A stretch of 64,000 bases of DNA, taken from Candidatus Limnocylindrales bacterium (GTDB taxonomy: Bacteria; Patescibacteriota; Microgenomatia; Levybacterales; UBA12049). The position numbers and the translations under genes were made by a program. The notes beneath the pieces were generated by a model. It saw nothing but the letters and a program-made list of their open reading frames with translations, ran no database searches and was not told the DNA's origin. Below, piece by piece: positions 49,591 through 59,284 of the stretch (position 1 is the stretch's first letter; the number at the start of each line of letters is the position of its first letter). Where the stretch lies: the NCBI GenBank assembly GCA_035526025.1, contig DATLDE010000018.1:11292-75291 (forward strand). Direction: 5' to 3'.

Positions 49591-50166
49591 TTAGACTTGA
49601 GCACTTGCATGATTGTCTACATGCTGTTGCTCTTTTGTTTCTATACTTTTAACTTGTTCGGCGCCATGTTCACGAAGGATTGCGCTTGCCTCCCGATGCT
49701 CACTAGATAAAGCAGGCACTGCTACCAAAATTGCACCACTTTTAACGCGGTCCTCATATACACGAGCGTCTTCTTCTGGAACTCCTATTCCAGTAAGTGC
49801 ACCTATAAGACCACCTGCAAGCGCTCCTGTGGCTGCACCTGAGACTGTTGCAGCAGTTGCGCCTGTTAGTCCGAGCGCTGCTGCTATTGGTCCACCGATT
49901 AGTAATGCACCTATTCCAGGAATTGCTATTGCTCCAAGTCCTATTAGAAGACCAGCTAGACCTCCAATTGCAGCCCCAGTGGCTGCGCCTGATACTGCAC
50001 CATCTGCAACACCTGCGCCTGTATTCTCATGTAATACCTGTGCGTCTTCTTTGTTTTGCATTACAATAGAAATATCTTTCGGATTGAATCCTGAGTCTTC
50101 AAGTTCGTTTATAGCTGATTCTGCGTTTTCGCGAGTCGCGAAAATTCCAAATACCATTTTTGACAT
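49591..50166 (-). CDS. General stress membrane protein (YflT/glycine-zipper-like)
   Basis: AE.AI.EL...GF...DIS; GA..GA..GG..G, IPG.G...GP; extended SD. Confidence 0.85.
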   Translation of the reverse strand: MSKMVFGIFATRENAESAINELEDSGFNPKDISIVMQNKEDAQVLHENTGAGVADGAVSGAATGAAIGGLAGLLIGLGAIAIPGIGALLIGGPIAAALGLTGATAATVSGAATGALAGGLIGALTGIGVPEEDARVYEDRVKSGAILVAVPALSSEHREASAILREHGAEQVKSIETKEQQHVDNHASAQV

Positions 50167-50226
50167 ATTATTCACCTCCTTTCATTAGAAACTCTTAACG
50201 AGCGTCACGAGTTCTAGGGTTTCAGT

Positions 50227-50340
50227 GCCCGCCAATTAAGCCCTCCCCGCCAATCGCTTACGCTCAAGGCGTATGCAGGCGGGGCTCTTTACGTCTTGTA
50301 CGAACAGTATTGAAAGACTTAAAGCAAGCTTAGGTGGGCC
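50227..50340 (-). ncRNA. Candidate structured RNA / 5' leader (multi-stem junction)
   Basis: GC-rich island; outer stem GCCCACC-TAAGC/GCTTA..GGCGGGC encloses CTTTAAGTCTT/AAGACGTAAAG and CCCCGCC/GGCGGGG hairpins. Confidence 0.5.
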
Positions 50341-50358
50341 AATTAATATTATGCAGTA

Positions 50359-50412
50359 ACTATATTGTTTTGGAATGAAAAAAAGGTAAATCTTCTGTAA
50401 ACGAAGTGTAAT
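50359..50412 (-). promoter_or_regulatory. Direct-repeat promoter
   Basis: Minus strand: ATTAC-n6-TTTAC-n6-TTTAC-21 nt-TATAGT. Confidence 0.6.
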
Positions 50413-50463
50413 AAAACAGATTGTCAAACTTAGCTATTTTGGCATTGTGCGAGGAAAATGTTC

Positions 50464-51579
50464 TTATATAATCAAACTTTTATAAATGCGTGTTTTAATC
50501 TCTTCAATACCCTCTTCGTTTTCAACTGATATAAAAATAGGTGAGAAATCCTGATAGTTTTCGTAAAGTTCTTGTTTATTTATATTTTCTTTGAGATCAA
50601 TCTTATTAAAAATATAGATAACATTCCCTGTATTTCTTCCCAATTCTTTTAAAATATCATCAACTACTTTTATTTTTAGATTTACTTCAGGATCAGAAAC
50701 ATCGATTACGTGTAGGAGCACATCTGCATGAATTGACTCCATCAGAGTTGACTTGAAAGCACTGACAAGTAATGGTGGTAAGTCTCTTATAAAACCAATC
50801 GTATCTGTAACCAACACTTCTGAGTGCAAATCCTGAATGTATATTTTCCCGACACTGCTATCAAGCGTTGCAAATAATTCATCTTTTGAAATATGTTTTT
50901 TTCCAGTTAGCAGATTGAATAGAGAACTTTTACCAGCATTTGTGTACCCGACAATAGATACTGTTTTAAATCCGATTCTCTTGCGCCTATCAAATTGCTG
51001 GCCACGTGCATTGCCGATTTTTTCTAATTGATCAGTTATTTTTTTTCTTGCATCTCGCCAGTGACGCTTCATCAGCTCTGTATTGGTCTCCCCAGCACCA
51101 AGCGAACCTATTCCTCCTCCTTGGCGGGACAATACATATCCCATTCCATAAATCCTAGGCCCCATATAGCTCATGCGCGCGAGTTCAATTTGCAATTTTG
51201 CTTCCTGAGTCATTGCGCGTTTGTCGAAGATATGTAAGATAAGATCGACCCTATCCCATACTTCGATTTCAGATTTAATCTTCTGCAACTGCGTCTTAAG
51301 TGCGTGGACTTGTCGGGGCTTTACCATTGCATTGAGAACTACAACATCAATGTTCTCACTTTGGATCACTTCTGCAATCTCATCAATCTTTCCACGCCCT
51401 ACATATGTTGCATTATTTGGCTTATCAAGCTTTTGGATAATACGTGTCGGAATAATAGCCCCAACTGTTGCGATAAGTGACTCCAGCTCTTCACCGATAT
51501 TTATAGCTTTTTCAGATTCAAGTCGGGGATTTATCAAATGAACGGGTAGTATACGAAGTGTATGTTTCAAATCCAACAT
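50464..51579 (-). CDS. hflX: GTPase HflX
   Basis: G.GK, DRV.LIL.IF..RA, GAGET, GYTNAGKS, LFATLD, DTIGFI, NKID. Confidence 0.95.
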   Translation of the reverse strand: MLDLKHTLRILPVHLINPRLESEKAINIGEELESLIATVGAIIPTRIIQKLDKPNNATYVGRGKIDEIAEVIQSENIDVVVLNAMVKPRQVHALKTQLQKIKSEIEVWDRVDLILHIFDKRAMTQEAKLQIELARMSYMGPRIYGMGYVLSRQGGGIGSLGAGETNTELMKRHWRDARKKITDQLEKIGNARGQQFDRRKRIGFKTVSIVGYTNAGKSSLFNLLTGKKHISKDELFATLDSSVGKIYIQDLHSEVLVTDTIGFIRDLPPLLVSAFKSTLMESIHADVLLHVIDVSDPEVNLKIKVVDDILKELGRNTGNVIYIFNKIDLKENINKQELYENYQDFSPIFISVENEEGIEEIKTRIYKSLII

Positions 51580-51638
51580 GTATGAGCCCATTATACCCTA
51601 CGGGTTTGAATCTTGCTTGCACTGAGCTTGCCGAAGTG

Positions 51639-51710
51639 TGATCCGGGCGGGATTCGAACCCGCGACCAAGAGCTTAAAAGGCTCCTGCTCTACCGCTGAG
51701 CTACCGGACC
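51639..51710 (-). tRNA. tRNA-Lys(TTT)
   Basis: Loop CT-TTT-AA. Confidence 0.92.
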
Positions 51711-51904
51711 GATTGTTTTACAAAATCTAAAATTTAATTCTCTGAACAAAAAAAGAACTCCCATTCGTTCTTAGTTCAAAATTTCTTATTTAATGTATGC
51801 CAGAATGGCATATTAGCATTATATCAACCAACATAACCATTGACAAGCGAAATGACAAAGGAATAAACTATTTATAGTTTAGGCCAGGGGGAGGTGATAT
51901 ACAT

Positions 51905-52570
51905 ATGATGGAATCTAACATCACAGACACTTTTCTTAACTCGCTGAATAAAGGCATCTTCAGCGCCGCAGCATTTTTTCCCAACTTCTTAATAGGTATT
52001 GTCATTTTCCTAATTGGAATTATTATTTCCTCAATTGTTAAACGTATAATAATTGAAGTACTTAACATATTAAAAGTTGAGTCATATCTAAAGCGTTACG
52101 GAGTACCGGAAGCGAAAAAAGATTTTACCTGGACCAATATTCTGGCTGAGATTGCAAGATGGTTTGTAATTATTCTATTCCTTATTCCTACAGCCGACAT
52201 ATGGGGACTTCCCCAAGTGACTGTAGTTCTTAATACATTCCTTTTGTATTTGCCAAATGTTTTTGCTGCTGCAATTATGGGGCTTGTGGGCCTGGTGTTT
52301 GCCAGACTTGCATCTGATTTGGTTCGCGCATCAACGACAACTTTATCAAATGATGCTTCACGAACGATAGCATCCGTTACCAGAGTTGCAATTACGGTAT
52401 TCGTGCTACTTGCAGTTCTAAATCAATTAGGCGTTGCACAGGATTTGGTTAGGATACTATTTACTGGAGTAGTCGCGATGATTGCATTAGCGGGCGGCAT
52501 TGCATTTGGCCTGGGTGGTCAAAATGCAGCACGGGAATTGCTTGATACAGCCAAGAAAAAATTGAAATAG
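51905..52570 (+). CDS. MscS-related TM-helix-repeat (CmpX-like) membrane protein
   Basis: FPN..., YLPNV, QLGVA, AFGLGG; GGGGAGGTGAT SD. Confidence 0.82.
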   Translation: MMESNITDTFLNSLNKGIFSAAAFFPNFLIGIVIFLIGIIISSIVKRIIIEVLNILKVESYLKRYGVPEAKKDFTWTNILAEIARWFVIILFLIPTADIWGLPQVTVVLNTFLLYLPNVFAAAIMGLVGLVFARLASDLVRASTTTLSNDASRTIASVTRVAITVFVLLAVLNQLGVAQDLVRILFTGVVAMIALAGGIAFGLGGQNAARELLDTAKKKLK

Positions 52571-52573
52571 AAC

Positions 52574-53491
52574 TCAATCTTGCAGAAATTTATCAATAAG
52601 CTTTGTTACATTATCAGCTTTTTCAAATAACACGGCATGTCCTGCCTCTGGTATTAAGAAAAGTTCGGATTTTGGAATAAGTGATGCGACATATTTCGCA
52701 TTGTCTGGAAGAATAAGTTTGTCATTTTCACCTGAGATTAATAAGGTAGGTATCTGTATCATGGGGAGATTTGAAGTTCTTAAATTTTCTTCTTTTTCAT
52801 TATCAAATGCCTGCTCATGAGCAATTTTGGCGTTTATGTCTTCTTGGGGACCTCTTGATATTTCACCTGATACTTGAGCGACACGCATACGAAATAGATA
52901 CATATTCTTTGCAGTTTTGGAATAAAATAATTGTGGAACAAATGCTTCTTCCCACTTATCATTAAGTTTCTGCTGGACATCTTCACCAACATTTTCATTA
53001 TTTTCCCTGATCTGCTTATTTCCAGGTGCTGTGCTTATCAAAATCAAACGATTGACTCTTTCCGGATACTTTTCAGCAAGCAATTGCCCGACAAAACTTC
53101 CAATTGACCAACCTAAAACATTTGCTTTTTTTATTTCCAGAGCATCCATCAGTTTTATAACATCATCAGTCATTTGTTGTGAAGTGTTTTGAGCATTTCC
53201 TGAAGAACTTCCAACTCCTTTATAGTCAAACATGATCAATTTATTTTTTTTTGAGAGTTTGTCGAGCAATAATGGATCCCAATGCTGCATAGTCATTCCA
53301 AACCCAGGAAGCATAATCAATGGATATCCTTCACCCTTAATATAATAAGCTATTTCCGCATTAGAAATGCTGACAGACCTTACATCTGCTCTGAAGGAGA
53401 AAAAGAATAGCTTCAATAGAAATATTATTATGATAAACCCAACAAAAGTGGCAAAATAAATATAAAGATTTTTTTTATTTTTATACATCAC
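52574..53491 (-). CDS. Alpha/beta hydrolase, membrane-anchored
   Basis: GWSIG nucleophile elbow, GENDKL, AGH. Confidence 0.9.
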   Translation of the reverse strand: MMYKNKKNLYIYFATFVGFIIIIFLLKLFFFSFRADVRSVSISNAEIAYYIKGEGYPLIMLPGFGMTMQHWDPLLLDKLSKKNKLIMFDYKGVGSSSGNAQNTSQQMTDDVIKLMDALEIKKANVLGWSIGSFVGQLLAEKYPERVNRLILISTAPGNKQIRENNENVGEDVQQKLNDKWEEAFVPQLFYSKTAKNMYLFRMRVAQVSGEISRGPQEDINAKIAHEQAFDNEKEENLRTSNLPMIQIPTLLISGENDKLILPDNAKYVASLIPKSELFLIPEAGHAVLFEKADNVTKLIDKFLQD

Positions 53492-53560
53492 TATTGATTA
53501 TATCACTGATAATACTGACAAATGTGGATACATTTGATACAATTAACATTGTTGTGTACA

Positions 53561-53634
53561 GGCCCCATCGTCTAGCGGCCTAGGACGTCGGGCTTTCATC
53601 CCGAAAATCACGGGTTCGATTCCCGTTGGGGTCA
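53561..53634 (+). tRNA. tRNA-Glu(TTC)
   Basis: GGCCCCATCGTCTAG start, loop CT-TTC-AT. Confidence 0.92.
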
Positions 53635-53670
53635 CACAAAAACATTATATGTTAATCACAGGGGAAAGTT

Positions 53671-54369
53671 TCATGCAGCCTCATGCTGTTCTGAATCAAT
53701 TATTTCTTCGTCATCTGATATTTTTCTAAATTTATTAGAATAAATAACTTTTCCTTCGACAATAGGAGTTTCATGCGGTGCTTTATCCCTTTCAGTTTCT
53801 GCTGTATCAAATATCACATTCTCCCCTCTAATCTCTTGTGTCATTTTTCTTTCGGTGCCATCTGATGACTTAACGTAAATATCCACAACTTTTTTGTGGC
53901 CGAGCTCCTTATCTGTATCTGCTTCCTGCATTATTCTTTTAACTGTGTGGCCATCAATTATTCTTTCTTCCTCAAGTCTTACTGCAACTGCATTTACGCT
54001 GTGTGTCTGACCACTTAACATGCTTTTTGCGGCGCTTGCTGCAGCATCTGAATTACCAGTGAAATATTCAACCTTACTAACATCACTCCACGTTCCAGAG
54101 CTTCCATGTGCATGAGGTGCCATCGCTGCTGCTGCGTCAAATCTACTAAGCCTCGTCACTCCAAGAGCATTACCACTTTTAATTATTGAAACATCGATGA
54201 CATCTGTTCCACCAAGGATTGCTGTTACTGCATGCTGTGCTTCATGAACTGCTGTACTGTTAGTTGAGGTCTTTTGTTGATGCGTTGAAACTGTTACCAC
54301 ATAGTAGCGGGCACCATTCTCCGTGTATGTTGTTTTATTTATAGGAATTGATATCTCTTTTCCTCCCAT
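53671..54369 (-). CDS. Stand-alone M41/FtsH-protease-like domain protein
   Basis: TAVHEAQHAV, VSII..GNALG.T, G..SD, VA..L.E...I.G. Confidence 0.7.
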   Translation of the reverse strand: MGGKEISIPINKTTYTENGARYYVVTVSTHQQKTSTNSTAVHEAQHAVTAILGGTDVIDVSIIKSGNALGVTRLSRFDAAAAMAPHAHGSSGTWSDVSKVEYFTGNSDAAASAAKSMLSGQTHSVNAVAVRLEEERIIDGHTVKRIMQEADTDKELGHKKVVDIYVKSSDGTERKMTQEIRGENVIFDTAETERDKAPHETPIVEGKVIYSNKFRKISDDEEIIDSEQHEAA

Positions 54370-54425
54370 AACACCTGCATTATGATCTTATTTCGGGATT
54401 ATTTCAAGGAGAATTAGAATGCGGC

Positions 54426-54887
54426 CTAGACTTGTTTTGAGTAGTGCTTTGTTGAGGATGGGAAAATTCGCTCAAAAAAGGATGGCTTGTGTGTTACCTC
54501 ATGATACTCAGTATCAGAATGATTATTGTGATCAATATTAGAGTGCTTATTTTCTACAACAACTTCACGATTTTCTTTATTATGTCTAAGGCTTGCGTTT
54601 TCCACTTCTAGTTTTTTTATCCTATCCTCCATTTGAGCAATTGACTTTCTATCATCTTTTATAACGCTGTCTTTTCTTCTTATATTCATGAAATGCGACA
54701 TTCCCTCTATCGCACTTATGAACCATGCCATTAATATACCAACTAGCAATGAAACAATCACAACCAAATACACTGGCGTGTTTGGGAGGAAAAAATTGCC
54801 TAATACAATTGGAACACCTGCTGCGTTTTGAAAAGCGAAGAATGTAATACTTAGGCCAAACAATATGGCGACAATCAAACTGAACAT
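54426..54887 (-). CDS. LapA (DUF1049) domain membrane protein
   Basis: FAFQN...V, PVYLV....L.G, coiled coil. Confidence 0.8.
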   Translation of the reverse strand: MFSLIVAILFGLSITFFAFQNAAGVPIVLGNFFLPNTPVYLVVIVSLLVGILMAWFISAIEGMSHFMNIRRKDSVIKDDRKSIAQMEDRIKKLEVENASLRHNKENREVVVENKHSNIDHNNHSDTEYHEVTHKPSFFERIFPSSTKHYSKQV

Positions 54888-54893
54888 GAAATA

Positions 54894-54947
54894 ATCATAC
54901 CTGCTTTTAAACTGAATTGGGTTAAAAACATGTAAGGGATATGCAAG
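54894..54947 (-). promoter_or_regulatory. Direct-repeat promoter, apparently leaderless
   Basis: Minus strand: CTTGC-n6-CTTAC-n6-TTAAC-21 nt-TATGAT-6 nt-ATG. Confidence 0.6.
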
Positions 54948-54955
54948 AGGACTGA

Positions 54956-55972
54956 CTATTTAGCTGTTGCGCTACCAATAGTCACGATAACATCAGAACT
55001 TCCACTAGCTACTTTGTTAACAGTACCTACAGTATATGTTCTTGAAAGAACCTCATTCAATTTATCCAGATAATCTTTGCTTACCTTATCCGATGCTGAT
55101 ATTTGTGTTTTTTCAAAGTCATTTGTTTTCGCGTTTCCGACAGAACTTACTTTAAAACCTTCTGCCGTTAACTGCTCGCGTGCTTTGGCTGCAACTCCTG
55201 AAGTACTTGTCCCATTCAGCACTTGAATACTATAAAGCGCCAAATCTACAGGTTTTTTTGTCGGCTCCATTACAACAGGTGCGTCAGTAACTTCTGCTAC
55301 TGGTTTTTTAGAGGATGGAAATAGGACTGCCTTATTGGTAACTGCATAATAGACTCCCGCAAAAAATACCAACCCTACTATAAATGTGATAATTAAAACT
55401 CTTATGAAATAAGGAAACATGCTTTTTTTCTTATCATAATCATCAGGTGGTGCATTAAAAAAATCTTTTTTATCTTCAACCGGCTGCTCTTCAGCAATTT
55501 CATCTTTTTCTGAAGTTAGTTCTTCAACTTCATCATTTTCTTCAACAGATTCAGCTTCGCTCTGAGAAACCCCATCCCCTACTACTTCGCTTACTTCAGC
55601 TGACTCATCTGATTGCGCGTCTTTTGTTTCACTCGTTTTTACCTCTTCGGCTTCATCTGCACTTTCTTGTGGTTCATCATTAATAACTGACTTATCTTCT
55701 AGTTCCTCAGGAGGTGAATCATCTGAAATTTCTTTTATATCTATAGTCTGAGTGGTTGATGTGATGTGTGCTTCCAAACCATGTGTTGTATGTTTTGAAT
55801 CACTTGCTGGCTGATTTGAATCTTTCTCAGTAGAGATATCTTTCTCCGAAGATGCAACAGATTCCTCTTCATCAGTTGGTTTTACTTCATCATGAGATAC
55901 ATGTTGTGTTTTGTGTTCTTCTTTACCAGTTGAGCCAAATCTTACGGGTTTTGCACGCTTTTTTGTCTGCAT
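54956..55972 (-). CDS. LytR C-terminal domain protein with long acidic disordered cytoplasmic region
   Basis: E/D-rich ~180 aa, TM, IQVLNGT..GVA, VGNA, DVIVTIG. Confidence 0.82.
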   Translation of the reverse strand: MQTKKRAKPVRFGSTGKEEHKTQHVSHDEVKPTDEEESVASSEKDISTEKDSNQPASDSKHTTHGLEAHITSTTQTIDIKEISDDSPPEELEDKSVINDEPQESADEAEEVKTSETKDAQSDESAEVSEVVGDGVSQSEAESVEENDEVEELTSEKDEIAEEQPVEDKKDFFNAPPDDYDKKKSMFPYFIRVLIITFIVGLVFFAGVYYAVTNKAVLFPSSKKPVAEVTDAPVVMEPTKKPVDLALYSIQVLNGTSTSGVAAKAREQLTAEGFKVSSVGNAKTNDFEKTQISASDKVSKDYLDKLNEVLSRTYTVGTVNKVASGSSDVIVTIGSATAK

Positions 55973-56047
55973 ATATTTCCTCTCGTTATAATTTAAGAAC
56001 AATTGAATACATTTGTCAATCGATTATATCTCTAGTAGTATATGTAT

Positions 56048-56407
56048 ATGGATCAAATTCACTATGGAGGCGCAATATGGACAAATCATGCTCTCTCAAG
56101 GCTCGATGAACGCGGATTGTCACAGGCTATTGCGTCACTTGCTTTTAATAACCCCGAAAGGACTTCGTCAGGTCGGGAATCAGGAACCAAACAGTATCAA
56201 AGAAGGTTTGGAAAGTCATTGGTTACTGTGGTTGCCAAACAAAACGAAAGGTCTGAATGGCTTATCATCTCCTGCTGGGTGGACCCACCAATATCAGGAA
56301 GTGTTGATTACAAAAAAAGACAAGCGTATCATAAATTTCAGAAAGCTTCTTTTTGGGGGAAAATTTGGATTACTTTAAAAAACCAGCTTGGATTAGGCAA
56401 TTTCTAG
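56048..56407 (+). CDS. DUF4258-like small protein
   Basis: WTNHALSRLDERG...P, C-terminal IISCW strand. Confidence 0.6.
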   Translation: MDQIHYGGAIWTNHALSRLDERGLSQAIASLAFNNPERTSSGRESGTKQYQRRFGKSLVTVVAKQNERSEWLIISCWVDPPISGSVDYKKRQAYHKFQKASFWGKIWITLKNQLGLGNF

Positions 56408-56969
56408 CATAGTTAACAACACTCTTTCGAAACAGAAAGTAGAAAAAGTTAGCAAATAATCCAAAAAGGATTGTTAAGATAATCAATTCTGGTTTGGTAA
56501 TAATATTAAAAGTTGAGTACACTATGCTTATTGGGTCAGCAATAATCTCCCATGAATTCACCCTTTCTGTACGCCCTAATGTAATTCCAAATCCAATAAT
56601 AAAATTTAGAACTATTAAATATCTATCAGTTCCTCCATTTTTCTTAACCCAATCCAGAGTATTTAGGAATTTTTCCAGTGGATAAAGTGCCAAAATAGAA
56701 GTTACAAAACCCACAATGATAAGTACTGAATATTGAAAAATAAATACCAATCGCTCAAAAGGACCAACTAAAATCCACTGTCTCATTAAATTAATCAGGT
56801 CTGTAAAAAGATAAATTGAGTTTGGCAAAAAAATTAACCAAAAAAATCCAATAATTGTTTTTAGATATTTGTTTTTGGTGAAAAGAAAAATCCATCCAAG
56901 TACAATCGGAAGAATTGCTAAAAAAATATTAAAACTCATCCACACAAAGTTGTACTGAATTAAATGCAT
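56370..56969 (-). CDS. DUF1361 membrane protein
   Basis: N.FLA.LP, WLIFLPNS.YL.TD, LGR..R.NSW. Confidence 0.85.
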   Translation of the reverse strand: MHLIQYNFVWMSFNIFLAILPIVLGWIFLFTKNKYLKTIIGFFWLIFLPNSIYLFTDLINLMRQWILVGPFERLVFIFQYSVLIIVGFVTSILALYPLEKFLNTLDWVKKNGGTDRYLIVLNFIIGFGITLGRTERVNSWEIIADPISIVYSTFNIITKPELIILTILFGLFANFFYFLFRKSVVNYARNCLIQAGFLK

Positions 56970-57019
56970 TTCTTAATCATAACAAATTTACATAACATAG
57001 TGCTATAATTAATAACTGC

Positions 57020-58183
57020 ATGGTATTAAATGTGCTTTTTAGCTTCATAATCTCCATAACTTTATTAATTTGCATTCCAGGGTATGTGAGTGCTGCTGAG
57101 AGCCCGCTAAATACTTCCAATAACAAAGCTGGTGTGCACATTCTTTTTCCAGATGAGGTGGAAGATGCTGCAAAATTGATCAATAGTAGTGGTGGTGATT
57201 ATGGGTACGTAACTATTGCAATTCAATCCGGTGACAAAGATATTGAAAAATGGCAAAATTTTCTGGATAAATGCAAGAGGTTGCATGTCGTCCCTCTGAT
57301 TAGGATCGCAACTGAAAGTAATCCTTTTAATACTGCAGTATGGAGTAAACCAACAGATTACGATATCATAGATTTTGCAAATTTTTTGGATTCACTTAAT
57401 TGGCCATATAAAAACAGGTATATTATCGTCTATAACGAGGTAAATCGCGGTGATGAATGGGGAGGAAATCTTGATGCTTCCGAGTATGCCCGCATATTGA
57501 GTTTTGCTGTAACTGTTTTCAAATCCAAAAGTCCTGATTTTTTTATAATTTCTGCCGGTCTTGATAACGCATCTCCTGATAAAGCTACTCAGTATATGAA
57601 CCAATATAATTATATGCAGCAAATGAATAGAAGTGTTCCTGGAATTTTCAATCAAGTAGACGGATTATCATCGCATTCGTACCCTAATCCCGGATTTTCA
57701 CAACCCCCGACTGCCAACTCGCCAACTAGCATAAATAGCTTTCAATATGAGAAAGCCTATGTCAAAGCTTTGGGATCAAAAGATCTTCCTATATTTATAA
57801 CTGAAACAGGATGGTCAACTGAGGTTCTATCTGATAACTTGGCAGCGAGTTATTATATAACAGCATTTAACACGACATGGAACGATTCCAATATAGTCGC
57901 TATAACGCCATTTCTTTTACAAGGCAGAGGTGGCCCATTCCAAAAATTTTCATTAATTGGCGATGGGAGCAAATTCACCCAACAATATAATGCGATCAAA
58001 AATCTTAAAAAAGTAAAAGGAAATCCCAAGATTTCCACAAGCGTTCTATCAGCTTCAACAAATACAATTGCTAAAAAAGACAAAGAAATTGTAGATTTCT
58101 CAAAAAGCGATTATGACATGAAAACAGCAACAATCTCTGGCGAATTAAAAACAGTATTTAAGTGGCTTTTAAAAATTGAGTAG
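57020..58183 (+). CDS. Secreted clan GH-A glycoside hydrolase-like protein
   Basis: Signal peptide; YNEVN acid/base, SHSYP, ITETGW nucleophile. Confidence 0.75.
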   Translation: MVLNVLFSFIISITLLICIPGYVSAAESPLNTSNNKAGVHILFPDEVEDAAKLINSSGGDYGYVTIAIQSGDKDIEKWQNFLDKCKRLHVVPLIRIATESNPFNTAVWSKPTDYDIIDFANFLDSLNWPYKNRYIIVYNEVNRGDEWGGNLDASEYARILSFAVTVFKSKSPDFFIISAGLDNASPDKATQYMNQYNYMQQMNRSVPGIFNQVDGLSSHSYPNPGFSQPPTANSPTSINSFQYEKAYVKALGSKDLPIFITETGWSTEVLSDNLAASYYITAFNTTWNDSNIVAITPFLLQGRGGPFQKFSLIGDGSKFTQQYNAIKNLKKVKGNPKISTSVLSASTNTIAKKDKEIVDFSKSDYDMKTATISGELKTVFKWLLKIE

Positions 58184-58205
58184 ATTATTATGAATAGATA
58201 ATATT

Positions 58206-58583
58206 ATGGAATGGAACGACGCAAAAGACGTAGAAAAAGACTTGATTAAAGTATTGAATATTATTGATTTGCCGTATATTGATAAAAAAAAGATTCATTG
58301 CTACCGTACGACAGGATCCAAAACACGGGCATATGCAAGAACTTGGGCTTTTCCCAAAATTTTTCAACGCGCATTGAGTGTTGAACCTGCATATGTAATA
58401 GAGGTCTTGTCAGATCATTATGACAAACTCGATCATGATGCTAAAATGAAAGTCTTAATTCACGAACTTCTCCATATACCCAAAAACTTTTCTGGGGCAT
58501 TACTTCCACATAAGACTAGAAGCCGTAATCTTCATACTCTCGCAAACCAACTATATAAAGAATATAAAAGTAAAACAAAATGA
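58206..58583 (+). CDS. Putative zinc metallopeptidase
   Basis: AYAR.W, YVIEV, IHELLHIP. Confidence 0.8.
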   Translation: MEWNDAKDVEKDLIKVLNIIDLPYIDKKKIHCYRTTGSKTRAYARTWAFPKIFQRALSVEPAYVIEVLSDHYDKLDHDAKMKVLIHELLHIPKNFSGALLPHKTRSRNLHTLANQLYKEYKSKTK

Positions 58584-59272
58584 TCACAATAATTCATGGT
58601 ACGGATTCCGCAGCTTCTCGGAAATATTTTTTAGATTTAAAACAAAAATCCAAAGACTCCGTGCTTATAAATGGTCAGACTGTGACTATTACTGATCTTG
58701 TTCAAGCATTTGAGGGAGGTGGATTATTTTCAGAAAGTAAAAGTTTTTTTATTGAACAACTATTATCCAAAAAGAAGAAAAGTCGCGATTTAACTCAATT
58801 AATTGACTACGTGATAAATAACTCATTCGAAAATAATATTTATCTATGGGAAGAAGGTGAATTAACCAAACCTACTCTTAACAATTTCAAAAATCCTATT
58901 ATAAAATTATTCAAATTACCCCAAACACTTTTCCAATTCCTGGAAAACATAAAACCCGGAAAATCAAGAGAGTTAATCTCGTTATTTCATCAAACAATTG
59001 AATCAGCAGATGCAGAGATGGTATTTTTTATGATAGTCCGCCAAGTACGTCTACTTTTGGGACTTTCAGAAATAGTAAGTAACCCGATTGATGAAATAAA
59101 AAGAATGGCACCATGGCAGCATCAAAAGGTGCAGAGCCAAGCTGATGCATTTGAGATACAAGATTTAAAAATACTTTATTCTAAGTTATTTGCAATTGAA
59201 AAAGGAATGAAAACAGGAACACTTACCTCCCCTCTTATAACTACCATTGACTTATTACTTCTTGATATTTAA
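58580..59272 (+). CDS. holA: DNA polymerase III delta subunit-like (short)
   Basis: IIHG.D, GLF, RQVRLL, PW...K...QA, K.G. Confidence 0.65.
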   Translation: MITIIHGTDSAASRKYFLDLKQKSKDSVLINGQTVTITDLVQAFEGGGLFSESKSFFIEQLLSKKKKSRDLTQLIDYVINNSFENNIYLWEEGELTKPTLNNFKNPIIKLFKLPQTLFQFLENIKPGKSRELISLFHQTIESADAEMVFFMIVRQVRLLLGLSEIVSNPIDEIKRMAPWQHQKVQSQADAFEIQDLKILYSKLFAIEKGMKTGTLTSPLITTIDLLLLDI

Positions 59273-59284
59273 TATAGATTATAA

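Noticed and set aside
49613-50188. Long antisense ORFs (also 2010-2348, 29317-30196, 47173-47571 and others)
   Set aside because: Shadows of Gly/Ala/Thr-rich genes on the other strand; no start signals or motifs
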